Positions 35,776 through 45,758 of a stretch of 64,000 bases of DNA are shown piece after piece. The position numbers and the translations under genes are program-made. The stretch lies in the IMG/VR virus record IMGVR_UViG_3300050821_010764, positions 1 through 64,000 of that record, one strand, 5' to 3'. This stretch comes from a virus. The stretch's first letter is position 1; every line of letters starts with the position of its first letter. The notes beneath the pieces were generated by a model that did not search any database, was not told where the DNA came from, and saw only the letters and a program-made list of their open reading frames with translations.

Positions 35776-36083
35776 TGTTATTCATTACACAAGAATCTGA
35801 AATATCTTCCCCAATTGCCATTAAATCACTGTATTTCTATGCTTCTTGGATGCCTTATCATAAAAAAATGATGGTTATGATAGATAAAATGGAGCAAAAA
35901 TATAAAGAAATTGAGTTTTTAGCCATTGATGTAGACTATTTTAAAGGATTATGTAAGAGATTTAATATAGAGTCTATTCCCACCATATTGATAATTAATA
36001 AGGGTGAAGAGTTAAAAAGGATTAATGGCTTGATTATGACCAGCGCCTTGAAAAGCGCGTTTGCTGATATATGTAATTCTTGA
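35775..36083 (+). CDS. Thioredoxin-fold protein lacking CxxC
   Basis: LYFYASWMPYHKK, IDVD, FNIESIPT and GEELKRING. Confidence 0.75.
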   Translation: MLFITQESEISSPIAIKSLYFYASWMPYHKKMMVMIDKMEQKYKEIEFLAIDVDYFKGLCKRFNIESIPTILIINKGEELKRINGLIMTSALKSAFADICNS

Positions 36084-36105
36084 ATACTATTTACGGAGAA
36101 ATACC

Positions 36106-36429
36106 ATGACTAAAAAGACAGAGAAGAAACCAGTAGTTGTTGAGGCTCCTACCAGACCAACTTTCGAGCAATTAGCTGCTGACACCGAATCTGGTAAAAT
36201 TTGGGATGAAATCAAAAACAAAAACATCGAAATGTTTGCTTTGCCTGATCAAAGGGTCTGGCAACATTGTGAGCCTATTTTGATTGAGCCAACCAAGCTA
36301 TATTTGCGCACTCGTTCTTCCTCGGTGCTGCCTTCGTTAGAAACAGCCTGTGGAAAAGGTTATGTAGTGGAACTACTAGACAAGTATGTAACAGTAACAC
36401 GTGCAGTTACCCCTCTAACCCAAAGATAA
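36106..36429 (+). CDS. Hypothetical protein
   Basis: GGAG SD before ATG 36106. Confidence 0.7.
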   Translation: MTKKTEKKPVVVEAPTRPTFEQLAADTESGKIWDEIKNKNIEMFALPDQRVWQHCEPILIEPTKLYLRTRSSSVLPSLETACGKGYVVELLDKYVTVTRAVTPLTQR

Positions 36430-36433
36430 TAAC

Positions 36434-36946
36434 ATGCCATTTGACGAAGAAGACAACGACCAGCCATCTCTTCAGTCCCAGAAATTAGGATTGAAGAAAG
36501 TTAGTACTCAGAGTTCTATTTTTGATTCCATGCCCAAAAAACCATCTCCGGAGGAGTTTGAGCAACAGGTGCAAAGAGTTCAAGAGCGCGGCTCTTCTTT
36601 TAAAGCTAAAACGGCTGATTTAGCTGTCAGATTTTATAGGACGATGGCAGATAAGACTTTAGCCTCAAACAAAAACATGTTCCAGAAAGAAGTGGAAATG
36701 GAAATGTTGAAGGACATGATTAAATTGGCTCAGGAGATTAATGCTCATCCTCTTGAAAGAGAGGGAGAGGGATCTCTGAGTCTTATTACTCTGTTAATGA
36801 AAACTGTTTTCAATCAAAGAGACAAAATTAATGCTCTGGAATATTACGTGGTGCAATTAGAAAAGAAAGCTGACCCGGCATATCTTTCGGATTTCGTATC
36901 AAAAGAAATTGCCAAGGCGCTTGACAAACAGAAGAAGAGTGAATAA
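36434..36946 (+). CDS. Hypothetical protein
   Basis: 170-aa ORF. Confidence 0.7.
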   Translation: MPFDEEDNDQPSLQSQKLGLKKVSTQSSIFDSMPKKPSPEEFEQQVQRVQERGSSFKAKTADLAVRFYRTMADKTLASNKNMFQKEVEMEMLKDMIKLAQEINAHPLEREGEGSLSLITLLMKTVFNQRDKINALEYYVVQLEKKADPAYLSDFVSKEIAKALDKQKKSE

Positions 36947-36953
36947 GTTTACC

Positions 36954-37133
36954 ATGATAACCAAAGAAATGTTGTTGTCCCTCATTTCTGAGGAAAAGGA
37001 TAACTTTAGCAGGTATTCACAACTATGCGCGATGTACCAGATACAACCGGACTCGATGGCTATGGCGAGGAACCAGGGGAGACTGGAAATTCTTCAGAGG
37101 CTCTTACAGGAAAAGCCTTTTACCAAGACTTGA
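36954..37133 (+). CDS. Small hypothetical protein
   Basis: 59-aa ORF overlapping the start of the next gene. Confidence 0.45.
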   Translation: MITKEMLLSLISEEKDNFSRYSQLCAMYQIQPDSMAMARNQGRLEILQRLLQEKPFTKT

Positions 37134-37663
37134 TCCGTCGAGCTAATACAGTTCCGCTTAGTAACATATTCAGACATTACGGCATTCGTGTGGCGAATAC
37201 CCAGTGCACTATCATTTGTCCATTCAAATCCCATAAGGGTGGTCGAGAGAATTCGGGCTCTTTTACTTATTATCCCCACACCAATAGTTTTTTTTGTTTC
37301 GGTTGCAAAATAGGCGGACAACACTCTCACGGATGTGAATTCATGGCTGCTATGGAAAGTATTTCCAGAGCTAAAGCCGCTTACAAAATTCTACAATTAT
37401 TTGCCTCCGATGCAAGCGAAGGCGAAGTGCTAGAAGGCGAGAGTTTTTCGGAACGCCTAGAAATCATGATGGATTTTTCCAACACCGTACGTCAATTTCG
37501 ACAGGAACATTTTGATGAAAAAGCCTTCGCATTCATTGAAAAAATCTGCGTGGTATATGATGATGTACATCTCCGACACAAAACGCTTGACAATGAGGCA
37601 CTCCGCCGAACTGTCGAGGCGCTCAAAGGAAAGATAAAGTCTTATACATGTCTCACGCCATAA
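37025..37663 (+). CDS. CHC2 zinc-finger protein (DnaG zinc-binding-domain-like)
   Basis: ICPFKSH...E..GSF.YY...NSFFCFGC..GG. Confidence 0.8.
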   Translation: MRDVPDTTGLDGYGEEPGETGNSSEALTGKAFYQDLIRRANTVPLSNIFRHYGIRVANTQCTIICPFKSHKGGRENSGSFTYYPHTNSFFCFGCKIGGQHSHGCEFMAAMESISRAKAAYKILQLFASDASEGEVLEGESFSERLEIMMDFSNTVRQFRQEHFDEKAFAFIEKICVVYDDVHLRHKTLDNEALRRTVEALKGKIKSYTCLTP

Positions 37664-38850
37664 TTCTTGGCGACGTCCATTTAGGGAAGGGCATCAACAT
37701 CGGTAAAACGGGCGTTGGTTCCAACTTAAATAGTAGAGTCGCAGACCAATTAAATCTTCTGGATTGGACTTTGGAGCAGGCGATAGAACGCCATGCTGAC
37801 AGTATTATCATCACTGGTGACGTTTTTGAAGACCCCAAACCACATCCATCTTTAATTACCTTCTTTCTAGCTTGGCTGAAAAAGTGTCAAGCTTATGATA
37901 TTCACGTCTACATTATCATGGGCAACCATGATATGCTACGTAGTGGTTCTTCTTTTACTTCCTCCCTAGATATCATTAGCGAAGTAGAGCTGGATAACGT
38001 TAGTGTTTACAAAGATATCAATACCGTCATGATTGGGGCTACCGCATTTACGCTGGTACCATTCCGTGATAGAAAATCTTTCAGTGTTTCTTCTAATGCC
38101 GAGGGCGTAGACATCTTAAGGGAAAGCTTCAAGTATGAGCTAGCTGGCATCCCAGTTACCTACAAGAAAATTATGATTGGACACTTGGCGATTGAAGGCT
38201 CCATCCCCATCGGCGATGAAATCGACGACATTGCTAATGAACTGTTCTGTCCGTTAGATATGTTCACCGGCTACGATTATGTTTGGATGGGACATGTTCA
38301 CAAGCCACAACTGATGAAAAAAAGTAAGCCATATGTAGCCCATATTGGCAGTATGGATATCTCTAATTTTGGAGAAACTGATCACAAAAAATACATCGTT
38401 ATCGTTGATTGTGATTCTGGTGCACCTGATTTTACTATTGAGCATCTGCCAACTCGTCCTCTTATTAAACTGAATATCACGGTTCCCAAGGATACGGTTG
38501 ATCCTACTGCTTACGTGCTAGAAGAGATTGAGAAGGCAGATACAGAATTTGGTCGCTCTATTGTTCGAGTGGAGGTCTCCCTCGCCGCCCCCGAATTGAA
38601 ATCAGTGAGCAAATCAGCTATTGAAAAGTTCCTAACAGAAAAGGGAGTCTTTAATGTTACCGGCATCTCAGAGTCCAAAAAGATTGCTCTGATTAAAAAG
38701 GATGGTACGAACACTATTGACACCAAAATGGATGTGGCATCTGCTATTAAAACGTACGCACAGACGTACGTGGACGCGCTTGCGCGTGATTCTTTTATAG
38801 AATTAGCGATGGATATCTATAAAACCTATAAAGCTGAGGCGAAAGAATGA
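37648..38850 (+). CDS. sbcD: SbcD/Mre11-like nuclease
   Basis: GDVHLG, TGDVFE, MGNHD, GHL and MGHVH. Confidence 0.88.
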   Translation: MSHAIILGDVHLGKGINIGKTGVGSNLNSRVADQLNLLDWTLEQAIERHADSIIITGDVFEDPKPHPSLITFFLAWLKKCQAYDIHVYIIMGNHDMLRSGSSFTSSLDIISEVELDNVSVYKDINTVMIGATAFTLVPFRDRKSFSVSSNAEGVDILRESFKYELAGIPVTYKKIMIGHLAIEGSIPIGDEIDDIANELFCPLDMFTGYDYVWMGHVHKPQLMKKSKPYVAHIGSMDISNFGETDHKKYIVIVDCDSGAPDFTIEHLPTRPLIKLNITVPKDTVDPTAYVLEEIEKADTEFGRSIVRVEVSLAAPELKSVSKSAIEKFLTEKGVFNVTGISESKKIALIKKDGTNTIDTKMDVASAIKTYAQTYVDALARDSFIELAMDIYKTYKAEAKE

Positions 38851-41075
38851 AGCCAATCAGACTCTACATCGAAAACTTTGTGTGTTACGAAAAGGGCTTC
38901 ATCGATTTCCGAGAATTTAGCTCCGCCCTTATTGTGGGTAGGAAAGAAAACAATGACATGTTTTCCAATGGTGTTGGTAAGTCCACCATCTTTTGTGCCC
39001 TGGCTTACGTGCTCTTCAACGAATCTGATGTACCTCTGGAGAGACTAATTAGAGATGATACTAACGCCTGTCAAGTGGTATTAGATTTTATGATTGGCGA
39101 TCAAGAGTACCGTCTAGCTCGCTCTCGAACTAAGAAGGGCAGTACCGATCTAACTCTGTTAGAAAGGAATACAGTGTCAGGTACCGATGATGAAGTATAT
39201 CATACGATAGTGGCTGACTATGAATCTCCGCTGATGGGTAAGAAAAAAACCGAGAAGTTCTGGAAAGATAAATCTGGTAGTCGTGCTGGAGATACCGAGA
39301 AAGATCTGGCTAAGCTGATCAAGATTAACTATAAATCTTTCTTGAGTACAGCTTTGTTTCCTCAGAACGATATGGCAGGTTTGGCTACTGCTACCCCAGA
39401 AAAACGTAAAGGCATTCTAAAGGATGCCCTTAATCTGTTGGTATACACCAAGCTGGAAAAACTAGCGAAAGATAAGTCTAGTGCTCTTCTTAAAGAGATT
39501 GAGAAAAACACTATCCTGAAGGATAATTTGGGTCAGCCTCAAAAAGAATTATTAGAATTGGTCAAGCAGTTAGCGTCGGTCGAAAAAACCCTAGAAGAAA
39601 AAACGTTGTTGCTAACCGATGTTAACACCAGACAGGCGGAGCAGACCAATAAGGTTAATGAGTTAGTTAATACTCATGCTAACCTAGAAGGTAAATTCGC
39701 TGCCCTGTTGACACAGGAAAAAACTATTCTGGCAGAAAAGAATAAACTAGAGATCTCTGTTAAGGAGTATCAGTCTAAAAAAACCAATGTCAGTAAAGCC
39801 GCTCGTGAGATGGTTTTGGAAATCAATGACCTAAAGGAACAGCAGACTAAGCTAGCGGTTATCGACTATTCCCAGGCTGACATTTTGAATGAGACTATTG
39901 CTGCCTTGAAAGAGCAAGTTACTCAACATAACGTCAATATCAAAAACAAAATGGAAGAGTATGAGGATCTCAAGATTCCTCTGCCTAGCGGAAGTGTTTG
40001 TAAAAACTGTCGCAAACCCATGACGGATAAGGACAGAAAAGATCATAAGGTTCATATCGCCAAAGATATGGAAGCCTTGCAAACTAGCATGCAAGATTCT
40101 AAGAAAACCATTGTTGCTCTTTCTGCCGAGGTATTGACTCATCAGCAAGTGGTTAATGGTCTCAATTTATCTAAACAGCAATTAGAAGGCATCAATACCA
40201 AAATCTCTGCCAAGAACAAAGAAATCTTGGACAAAAAGGCATTGCATGATGAATATGCGACGCTGCTGAATAAATTCACCACTGAACTGGGTGGCAAAAG
40301 TATTGAACTAGAGCTGGCACAAACAGAACTCAAGAACTCTTCTATTGAGGAGGCTAAAACTTTGCAGCTTCAGATTGAGGCTGAAAAGAAAAAAATTGCT
40401 ACTATAGTGGTAGAAACGAATCAGCTCAACAAGGAAATTAGCCATTTCAATAGCAATAAGGCGGTGGTACAACATACCATTGATCAGAAAACTAAGGACC
40501 AGCTTAAAAAGCAAGAGTTAGAAAAGGCGTTGGCAGAGCTAGTGGATAGGCTAAGTACATATCCGTCTGTCATCCAAGCTTTTTCCTCCACTGGCATCCC
40601 TAACCTGATTATTCAAAATGTTTTGGATGATTTGCAGATTGAGGCTAACAACTTACTGTCGCAGTTGAAGCCTGGTTTACAGCTTTCCTTTTTCATTGAG
40701 AAAACCAAGGGCGACGGCGACCAAGCCGATACGCTGGATATTAACTACCATATCAATGGTAAAGAACGATATTACAAACAGTTATCGGGCGCTATGCAGT
40801 TAGCAGTAGCTTTCAGTCTTAAACTGGGTTTGTCATTCCTTTTACAGAAGATGATTGGCACCGATATCAGGTTCCTATTACTAGATGAAATTGACCAGTC
40901 TTTGGATAAAGCTAGCGTAGATGCCTTTGCTGATATTGTAAAGTTTTTCCAAAAGGAATTCACCATCCTAATTATTACTCATAACGACAGATTGAAAGAT
41001 AAATTCTCGCATGCTATATTGGTGGAACAAGATATCAATATGGTATCCAAAGCAAGAGTAGTGTCCTCTTGGTAA
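38847..41075 (+). CDS. sbcC: SbcC/Rad50-like SMC ATPase
   Basis: NGVGKST Walker A, coiled coils, CKNC hook, LSGA signature, LLLDE and ITH. Confidence 0.88.
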   Translation: MKPIRLYIENFVCYEKGFIDFREFSSALIVGRKENNDMFSNGVGKSTIFCALAYVLFNESDVPLERLIRDDTNACQVVLDFMIGDQEYRLARSRTKKGSTDLTLLERNTVSGTDDEVYHTIVADYESPLMGKKKTEKFWKDKSGSRAGDTEKDLAKLIKINYKSFLSTALFPQNDMAGLATATPEKRKGILKDALNLLVYTKLEKLAKDKSSALLKEIEKNTILKDNLGQPQKELLELVKQLASVEKTLEEKTLLLTDVNTRQAEQTNKVNELVNTHANLEGKFAALLTQEKTILAEKNKLEISVKEYQSKKTNVSKAAREMVLEINDLKEQQTKLAVIDYSQADILNETIAALKEQVTQHNVNIKNKMEEYEDLKIPLPSGSVCKNCRKPMTDKDRKDHKVHIAKDMEALQTSMQDSKKTIVALSAEVLTHQQVVNGLNLSKQQLEGINTKISAKNKEILDKKALHDEYATLLNKFTTELGGKSIELELAQTELKNSSIEEAKTLQLQIEAEKKKIATIVVETNQLNKEISHFNSNKAVVQHTIDQKTKDQLKKQELEKALAELVDRLSTYPSVIQAFSSTGIPNLIIQNVLDDLQIEANNLLSQLKPGLQLSFFIEKTKGDGDQADTLDINYHINGKERYYKQLSGAMQLAVAFSLKLGLSFLLQKMIGTDIRFLLLDEIDQSLDKASVDAFADIVKFFQKEFTILIITHNDRLKDKFSHAILVEQDINMVSKARVVSSW

Positions 41076-41084
41076 GGAGTTTGT

Positions 41085-41696
41085 ATGTACAAAATAGCAA
41101 TTTGTGGGAAAGCCAATACTGGTAAGAATACAGTGGGCAAACTGTTATTTAAACAATTGTATGATCTGAAATTTGATTATACTAAAGGTCCATCAGAATC
41201 TTTTTCAGGCATGAAGTATATGGCATTCGCCGATCCTATCAAAGAAATGATTCGTATTGCTTATCCCGAGTTGCCAAGAAAATATCTGTATGGTTCCTCT
41301 AAATTCCGCGCCGAACCGATACCGGGAGCCTTCAAAAACGGTGTTCCTCTAACCGTACGTCAGTGTCTCATTGATATTGGTAATGATTTCGGTCGTGCCA
41401 ATAAGCCAGATATTTGGCTTCGTAATTTTGATAACAGACTTAGCAAGGTTGTCAAAAAAGGTATTAGTTTGGTAGTAGTGACTGATGTTCGTTTTCGTAA
41501 CGAGTTTGACCATCTGAAGACGTTGGGGTTTTATCAAATTCGTTTACTCAGAGATTCTCATCTAAAAATTGATGATATTAGTGAAACTAACCAAGACGGA
41601 ATTCGTGATGATGAATTTAGTTATGTACTACATAATAATAGTACGATAAAAAATCTAGAGTTAGAGGTTTCTCAGATTGTTTCTCAGCTAAAATAA
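41085..41696 (+). CDS. Deoxynucleoside monophosphate kinase
   Basis: GKANTGKNT, FADPIK, VVTDVRFRNE and SET. Confidence 0.8.
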   Translation: MYKIAICGKANTGKNTVGKLLFKQLYDLKFDYTKGPSESFSGMKYMAFADPIKEMIRIAYPELPRKYLYGSSKFRAEPIPGAFKNGVPLTVRQCLIDIGNDFGRANKPDIWLRNFDNRLSKVVKKGISLVVVTDVRFRNEFDHLKTLGFYQIRLLRDSHLKIDDISETNQDGIRDDEFSYVLHNNSTIKNLELEVSQIVSQLK

Positions 41697-41719
41697 GTAT
41701 ATTTTGACATATACTCAAG

Positions 41720-42034
41720 ATGAGCATAGATGGCTTAAAAGAAGAGTATGTTCCGAAGTATTCGGCTAACGGAGAGCAAAAGTTTTATCGTTATCTGTTG
41801 GTGTCGGCTTTGAACAAACTGGTTCTCATCGAGAGGGGATTGTACAAAGGTACTACCCCAGATTTGGAATTTTTAGATTATCATGATCGCTTCATAATCT
41901 TGTATAGAAGGGAAGGGGATGAGATTTACCTCCGGGTAGCCCGTCTTCTTCGAAAAGCGGCTCATAAAATCTATCGCATAATGCTAAAGAAAAAGATGAC
42001 CGTAGCTAATGCAAAATTTCTAAATCTGGTATAA
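41720..42034 (+). CDS. Hypothetical protein
   Basis: 104-aa ORF. Confidence 0.65.
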   Translation: MSIDGLKEEYVPKYSANGEQKFYRYLLVSALNKLVLIERGLYKGTTPDLEFLDYHDRFIILYRREGDEIYLRVARLLRKAAHKIYRIMLKKKMTVANAKFLNLV

Positions 42035-42035
42035 A

Positions 42036-43031
42036 ATGGTAGTAATCAGCGTAACAGTCACCCAGTCGGATGAGCAAATTGTGGCAGGAATCCCTAGAAC
42101 GGTATCGATTTCTACCAATGTACCGGCTTCTATTTTTTACACTCTAGATGGTAGTATTCCTACTCTCTTTTCCACAATGTACACTGGACCTATCTTTTTG
42201 TCCAAGACCAGTCTCAGCATAACTTTAAACATTCTAGCTACCAACGGGGTCGACTCCTCCCCAATCGTGACCGAAACCTTTATTACAAATATGGTGGAGG
42301 GCACTAACGTCCGTATTGCGCATTCCGGTACCGATGCTCTTCCAGGCTCCAATCTGCCTGACCTGTATCCTTTTGGTACCAATCCGGTCATGCCCAATCA
42401 AGATTTTACCAATCCTGCTGACGCTGGTATTACAGTAGATAATCCAGCGTTACCCGCCACCTCTACTGGATTTGATGGTAAGGGTAATCCAACGGGTTTC
42501 ACTAATCAATCATTCGATCTAACTAACTATAGTATTAAATATTCTACCACAGACCGTGAAGGACAAATAGGTCCGGGTATTGGTAATTTACCAGCCTCTT
42601 TCACGATTGAAAAAGAGTCAGCTCCACCGGAAAGTACTAACATCAATAGTAATATGTTTGACCCAAGAGCTTTTGTCATTTTTCAAGATTCTACTACCGA
42701 GAATCCTGGTGACCCTCCGCACATCAATCGAATGCATTTCTCTCTAGAGAACCCAGAAAAAGCTAGAGACGGCAATCACTTTTTCAATAGTGGTTTAGAT
42801 GCTCCGCCAGTTAGCGGTACTTTTTTGAGATCACATTTTAATCCAAGAACCAATATGATGACTTATTATTATTTGGATAGTTGGACTAATAAATGGATTA
42901 TCTCTACTCAACCATATGTTCAAAATGGAACCTTCGATGGTAACTTATCTGGAGTAGCAATGTCTACGAGAGAACCAGGGTCTAAATACGTATTCGAATG
43001 GTTGCCATTCACTAGAAGAGTTCTATTTTAA
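42036..43031 (+). CDS. Protein with N-terminal Fn3-associated/chitobiase-C-like domain (possibly structural)
   Basis: IFYTLDGSIPT....YTGPI motif. Confidence 0.6.
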   Translation: MVVISVTVTQSDEQIVAGIPRTVSISTNVPASIFYTLDGSIPTLFSTMYTGPIFLSKTSLSITLNILATNGVDSSPIVTETFITNMVEGTNVRIAHSGTDALPGSNLPDLYPFGTNPVMPNQDFTNPADAGITVDNPALPATSTGFDGKGNPTGFTNQSFDLTNYSIKYSTTDREGQIGPGIGNLPASFTIEKESAPPESTNINSNMFDPRAFVIFQDSTTENPGDPPHINRMHFSLENPEKARDGNHFFNSGLDAPPVSGTFLRSHFNPRTNMMTYYYLDSWTNKWIISTQPYVQNGTFDGNLSGVAMSTREPGSKYVFEWLPFTRRVLF

Positions 43032-43088
43032 TTGAAATTGTTCGGACGCCGATATATAGATTGTACACCTATTATTTGAAAGAATAAA

Positions 43089-43886
43089 ATGTCCGAAGAA
43101 TTACTTGAAGAATTGCGCCTGTCGGTCAGCAAAACCAAAACTTTTGATGGCTGCAAGAAGAAATTTGATTTTTGTTACGTTCAGAAACTGCCTCGCAAGG
43201 ATTGGGATTTCCATATCTTTGGCAAGTTCTGCCATTCGGTCTTAGAAACTTTTCATAAGACTTATTTAGAAGGATGTTTTCTACCTTACAACACCGTTAT
43301 GGGAGATGCTTATAAAGCAGCCCTTCTGGAGTTCAAAGATAAGATGACCCCAGATATGAAAAAAGAGTGTTGGGGATTGATTGACAAGTATTTGCGATTA
43401 GTATCCAAGGATAAAGCCAATAAATTGCCGGCGAACGTAATTGCCGTAGAAAAAAGATTTGAATTTCCAGTCGCCAAAAACATTATCTTAAACGGGGCGA
43501 TTGACAGAATTCAGTTGGATGCCGATAATGTTATACACGTGGCAGACTACAAGACCACAAAAAACAAAAAATATCTGAAGGATGATTGGTTCCAACTATT
43601 AACGTATGCTTATGTTATACATAAGGAAGACCCAAGCATTACGAAAGTAAGGGCGTCATACATTCTGCTCAGACATGATTTTGAGTATATTACTAGAGAG
43701 TTTACTCTAGCAGAGATTTTGAAAGTCAAAGATCAATACATTAAGTATGCTGAACAAATTGTGAATGAAACGGAATATAAACCGAATCCAACCGCACTTT
43801 GCAACTATTGCGATTATCTAAGTCTTTGCCCAGAAGGTAAGACCAAATCTTTCAATTCAAACACTTATGGCGAAGTAAGTTACTAA
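43089..43886 (+). CDS. PD-(D/E)xK RecB/Cas4-like exonuclease
   Basis: LSVSK....GC, GKFCHSVLE, GAIDRI, ADYKT, QL..YA and C..CDY..LC. Confidence 0.85.
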   Translation: MSEELLEELRLSVSKTKTFDGCKKKFDFCYVQKLPRKDWDFHIFGKFCHSVLETFHKTYLEGCFLPYNTVMGDAYKAALLEFKDKMTPDMKKECWGLIDKYLRLVSKDKANKLPANVIAVEKRFEFPVAKNIILNGAIDRIQLDADNVIHVADYKTTKNKKYLKDDWFQLLTYAYVIHKEDPSITKVRASYILLRHDFEYITREFTLAEILKVKDQYIKYAEQIVNETEYKPNPTALCNYCDYLSLCPEGKTKSFNSNTYGEVSY

Positions 43887-43895
43887 GAGGACCAC

Positions 43896-45143
43896 ATGCA
43901 AATTGAAGTCAAAGAAATTGAGCCTTGCAAACTAAGCATTCACTATGTAGCGGACGCTGAAGAGATTCTTAACAAACGTGGCGAGGTTATTGCCCACTTC
44001 AAAAAAGCTCCAGTCCCAGGTTTTCGTCCTGGTAAAGCTTCTGTCGATGCCATCAAGGTTCATTACAAAACTCAAATTGAAGAATCTCTCAAAAGAGCCT
44101 TGGCTGAAGATGCTTTTCATAATACCCTTTTCGAAAAGAAACTCCGCCCCCACGGCGCCCCAAGATTCAACTCCCTGCTTCTAGCAGATGGTAAGTTTAC
44201 TTGTGATTTTGATCTACATACTAAGCCAGATTTCGAATTGCAGCCATATCAAGATTTGGAAATCCCTAAGCCACACGCCGATCAAACCACACTGGAACTG
44301 ACGGAAAAAATGCTACAAGAGCTAAGGATTCGTTTTGGTGAAGCCGTACCGTATAACGAAACCGACTTTGTACAAAATGGTGACAATGTCATTGTTGATT
44401 ACGAAGGCTCTGTGGATGGCGAAAAAGTAGATCATTTATGTGCCGTTGGTGAAATGTTGACGGTAGGTGCTAGCAATCTTACGCAATTCGACGATAATTT
44501 GCTTGGAATGATTATGGGAGAAACCCGAGAATTTGATTTAGTGGTACCTGACGCAGGGCTACCCTCTTTGGTAGGTAAAACGGTTCACCTCAAAGTAACT
44601 TTGAATATGGGGTCTAAGACTACGCCATGTCCACTAGATGATACTTTGGCTCTTAAGTTTGGTAAGAAAGACTTTGCAGAATTGAAAGCTTTTGCTTCCG
44701 GCACTGCCGAAGCCGCCATTCAAAACAAGAGCAAACAAAACATCAATGAAGCTGTGGCTGGCAGATTAGTGGAATCAAATAAGTTTGATGTTCCTAATTG
44801 GCTATCATTATCTGAAGCCCAATATTTGGTGCACAATGCCAAATTAGATTGGAATATACTATCAGATCTTGATAAAGAAAAATATATCGAAATGGGAGCT
44901 AAGAATGTAAAGCTTTCTCTTATCTTAGATAAGATTAGAGAGTCTAATCCTGAAGCTCAATTAACTGACCAAGAGGTTTTTGAAGTTTTGAAGCATAATC
45001 TAGCCAAGACTCAAGTTAAGCAACCATTAGACGAAGTTATTCAGCAAATGAATAAAACGGGATATTTACAGATTTTGTTCTCTAGAATTAGAGACGAACA
45101 CACGATGGATTTCATCACAAAAACAGTTAAACTAGTTGAGTAA
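43896..45143 (+). CDS. tig: Trigger factor
   Basis: VPGFRPGKA ribosome-binding signature; FKBP-like GDNVIVDYEGSVDGE. Confidence 0.9.
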   Translation: MQIEVKEIEPCKLSIHYVADAEEILNKRGEVIAHFKKAPVPGFRPGKASVDAIKVHYKTQIEESLKRALAEDAFHNTLFEKKLRPHGAPRFNSLLLADGKFTCDFDLHTKPDFELQPYQDLEIPKPHADQTTLELTEKMLQELRIRFGEAVPYNETDFVQNGDNVIVDYEGSVDGEKVDHLCAVGEMLTVGASNLTQFDDNLLGMIMGETREFDLVVPDAGLPSLVGKTVHLKVTLNMGSKTTPCPLDDTLALKFGKKDFAELKAFASGTAEAAIQNKSKQNINEAVAGRLVESNKFDVPNWLSLSEAQYLVHNAKLDWNILSDLDKEKYIEMGAKNVKLSLILDKIRESNPEAQLTDQEVFEVLKHNLAKTQVKQPLDEVIQQMNKTGYLQILFSRIRDEHTMDFITKTVKLVE

Positions 45144-45154
45144 GGAGTTTTAAC

Positions 45155-45475
45155 ATGGGCAAGAAAAAAGCAGACGCAGCACCAGGGACGTTTCCAGAGA
45201 AGTGGCACAAAGTAATTGAGAAGCTTCCAGAGTTCAAAGATACGGCTGATGCAGCCAGTGTGGATGAGCTGAAGAAGATTATTGTTACTGCTGAAGGTAA
45301 CATTTATACTATCGAGCAAGAAAAAGAAGCCGATGAGAAACTCAATGCTGCTAAGGCATTGGTGAAGGATTATTCCGAACCTCATCGTGATGCCATCAAA
45401 GCTCAGACAGCTAAGATTAAGTATGCCGTCTTCCTGTTAGAGGGCAAAGGCGTTGAGATAGATAACAAGGACTAA
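45155..45475 (+). CDS. Hypothetical coiled-coil protein
   Basis: 106-aa ORF with AGGAG SD. Confidence 0.7.
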   Translation: MGKKKADAAPGTFPEKWHKVIEKLPEFKDTADAASVDELKKIIVTAEGNIYTIEQEKEADEKLNAAKALVKDYSEPHRDAIKAQTAKIKYAVFLLEGKGVEIDNKD

Positions 45476-45476
45476 G

Positions 45477-45755
45477 ATGAAGGTGGAACGATTTACGATA
45501 CAAGCGTGTTGTGGATCAACGGTGTTGATCTTTAGAACAGATCAACCCGTCACCAAAAATCATCTAGAAGCACTCAAGAAGCTAGGCTTTAGCGAGTCTG
45601 TGAATTTTACAACAGCCGGAATCCTATATGTGGATAATCCGGACTTTACAATAACGGGTCCTCTCGGGTCCGATAAATTGACTGTAAGATGTAAACACAA
45701 AGAGTGCACCCAAAAACTCAATGATTTGGAGGTGTTACTTCAGCAGCTGGGGTGA
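45477..45755 (+). CDS. Hypothetical protein
   Basis: 92-aa ORF. Confidence 0.65.
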   Translation: MKVERFTIQACCGSTVLIFRTDQPVTKNHLEALKKLGFSESVNFTTAGILYVDNPDFTITGPLGSDKLTVRCKHKECTQKLNDLEVLLQQLG

Positions 45756-45758
45756 AAC

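Noticed and set aside
43089-43886. Cas4 or CRISPR locus
   Set aside because: No repeat-spacer array or other cas genes were seen in the window; stand-alone RecB-family nucleases are common in phages
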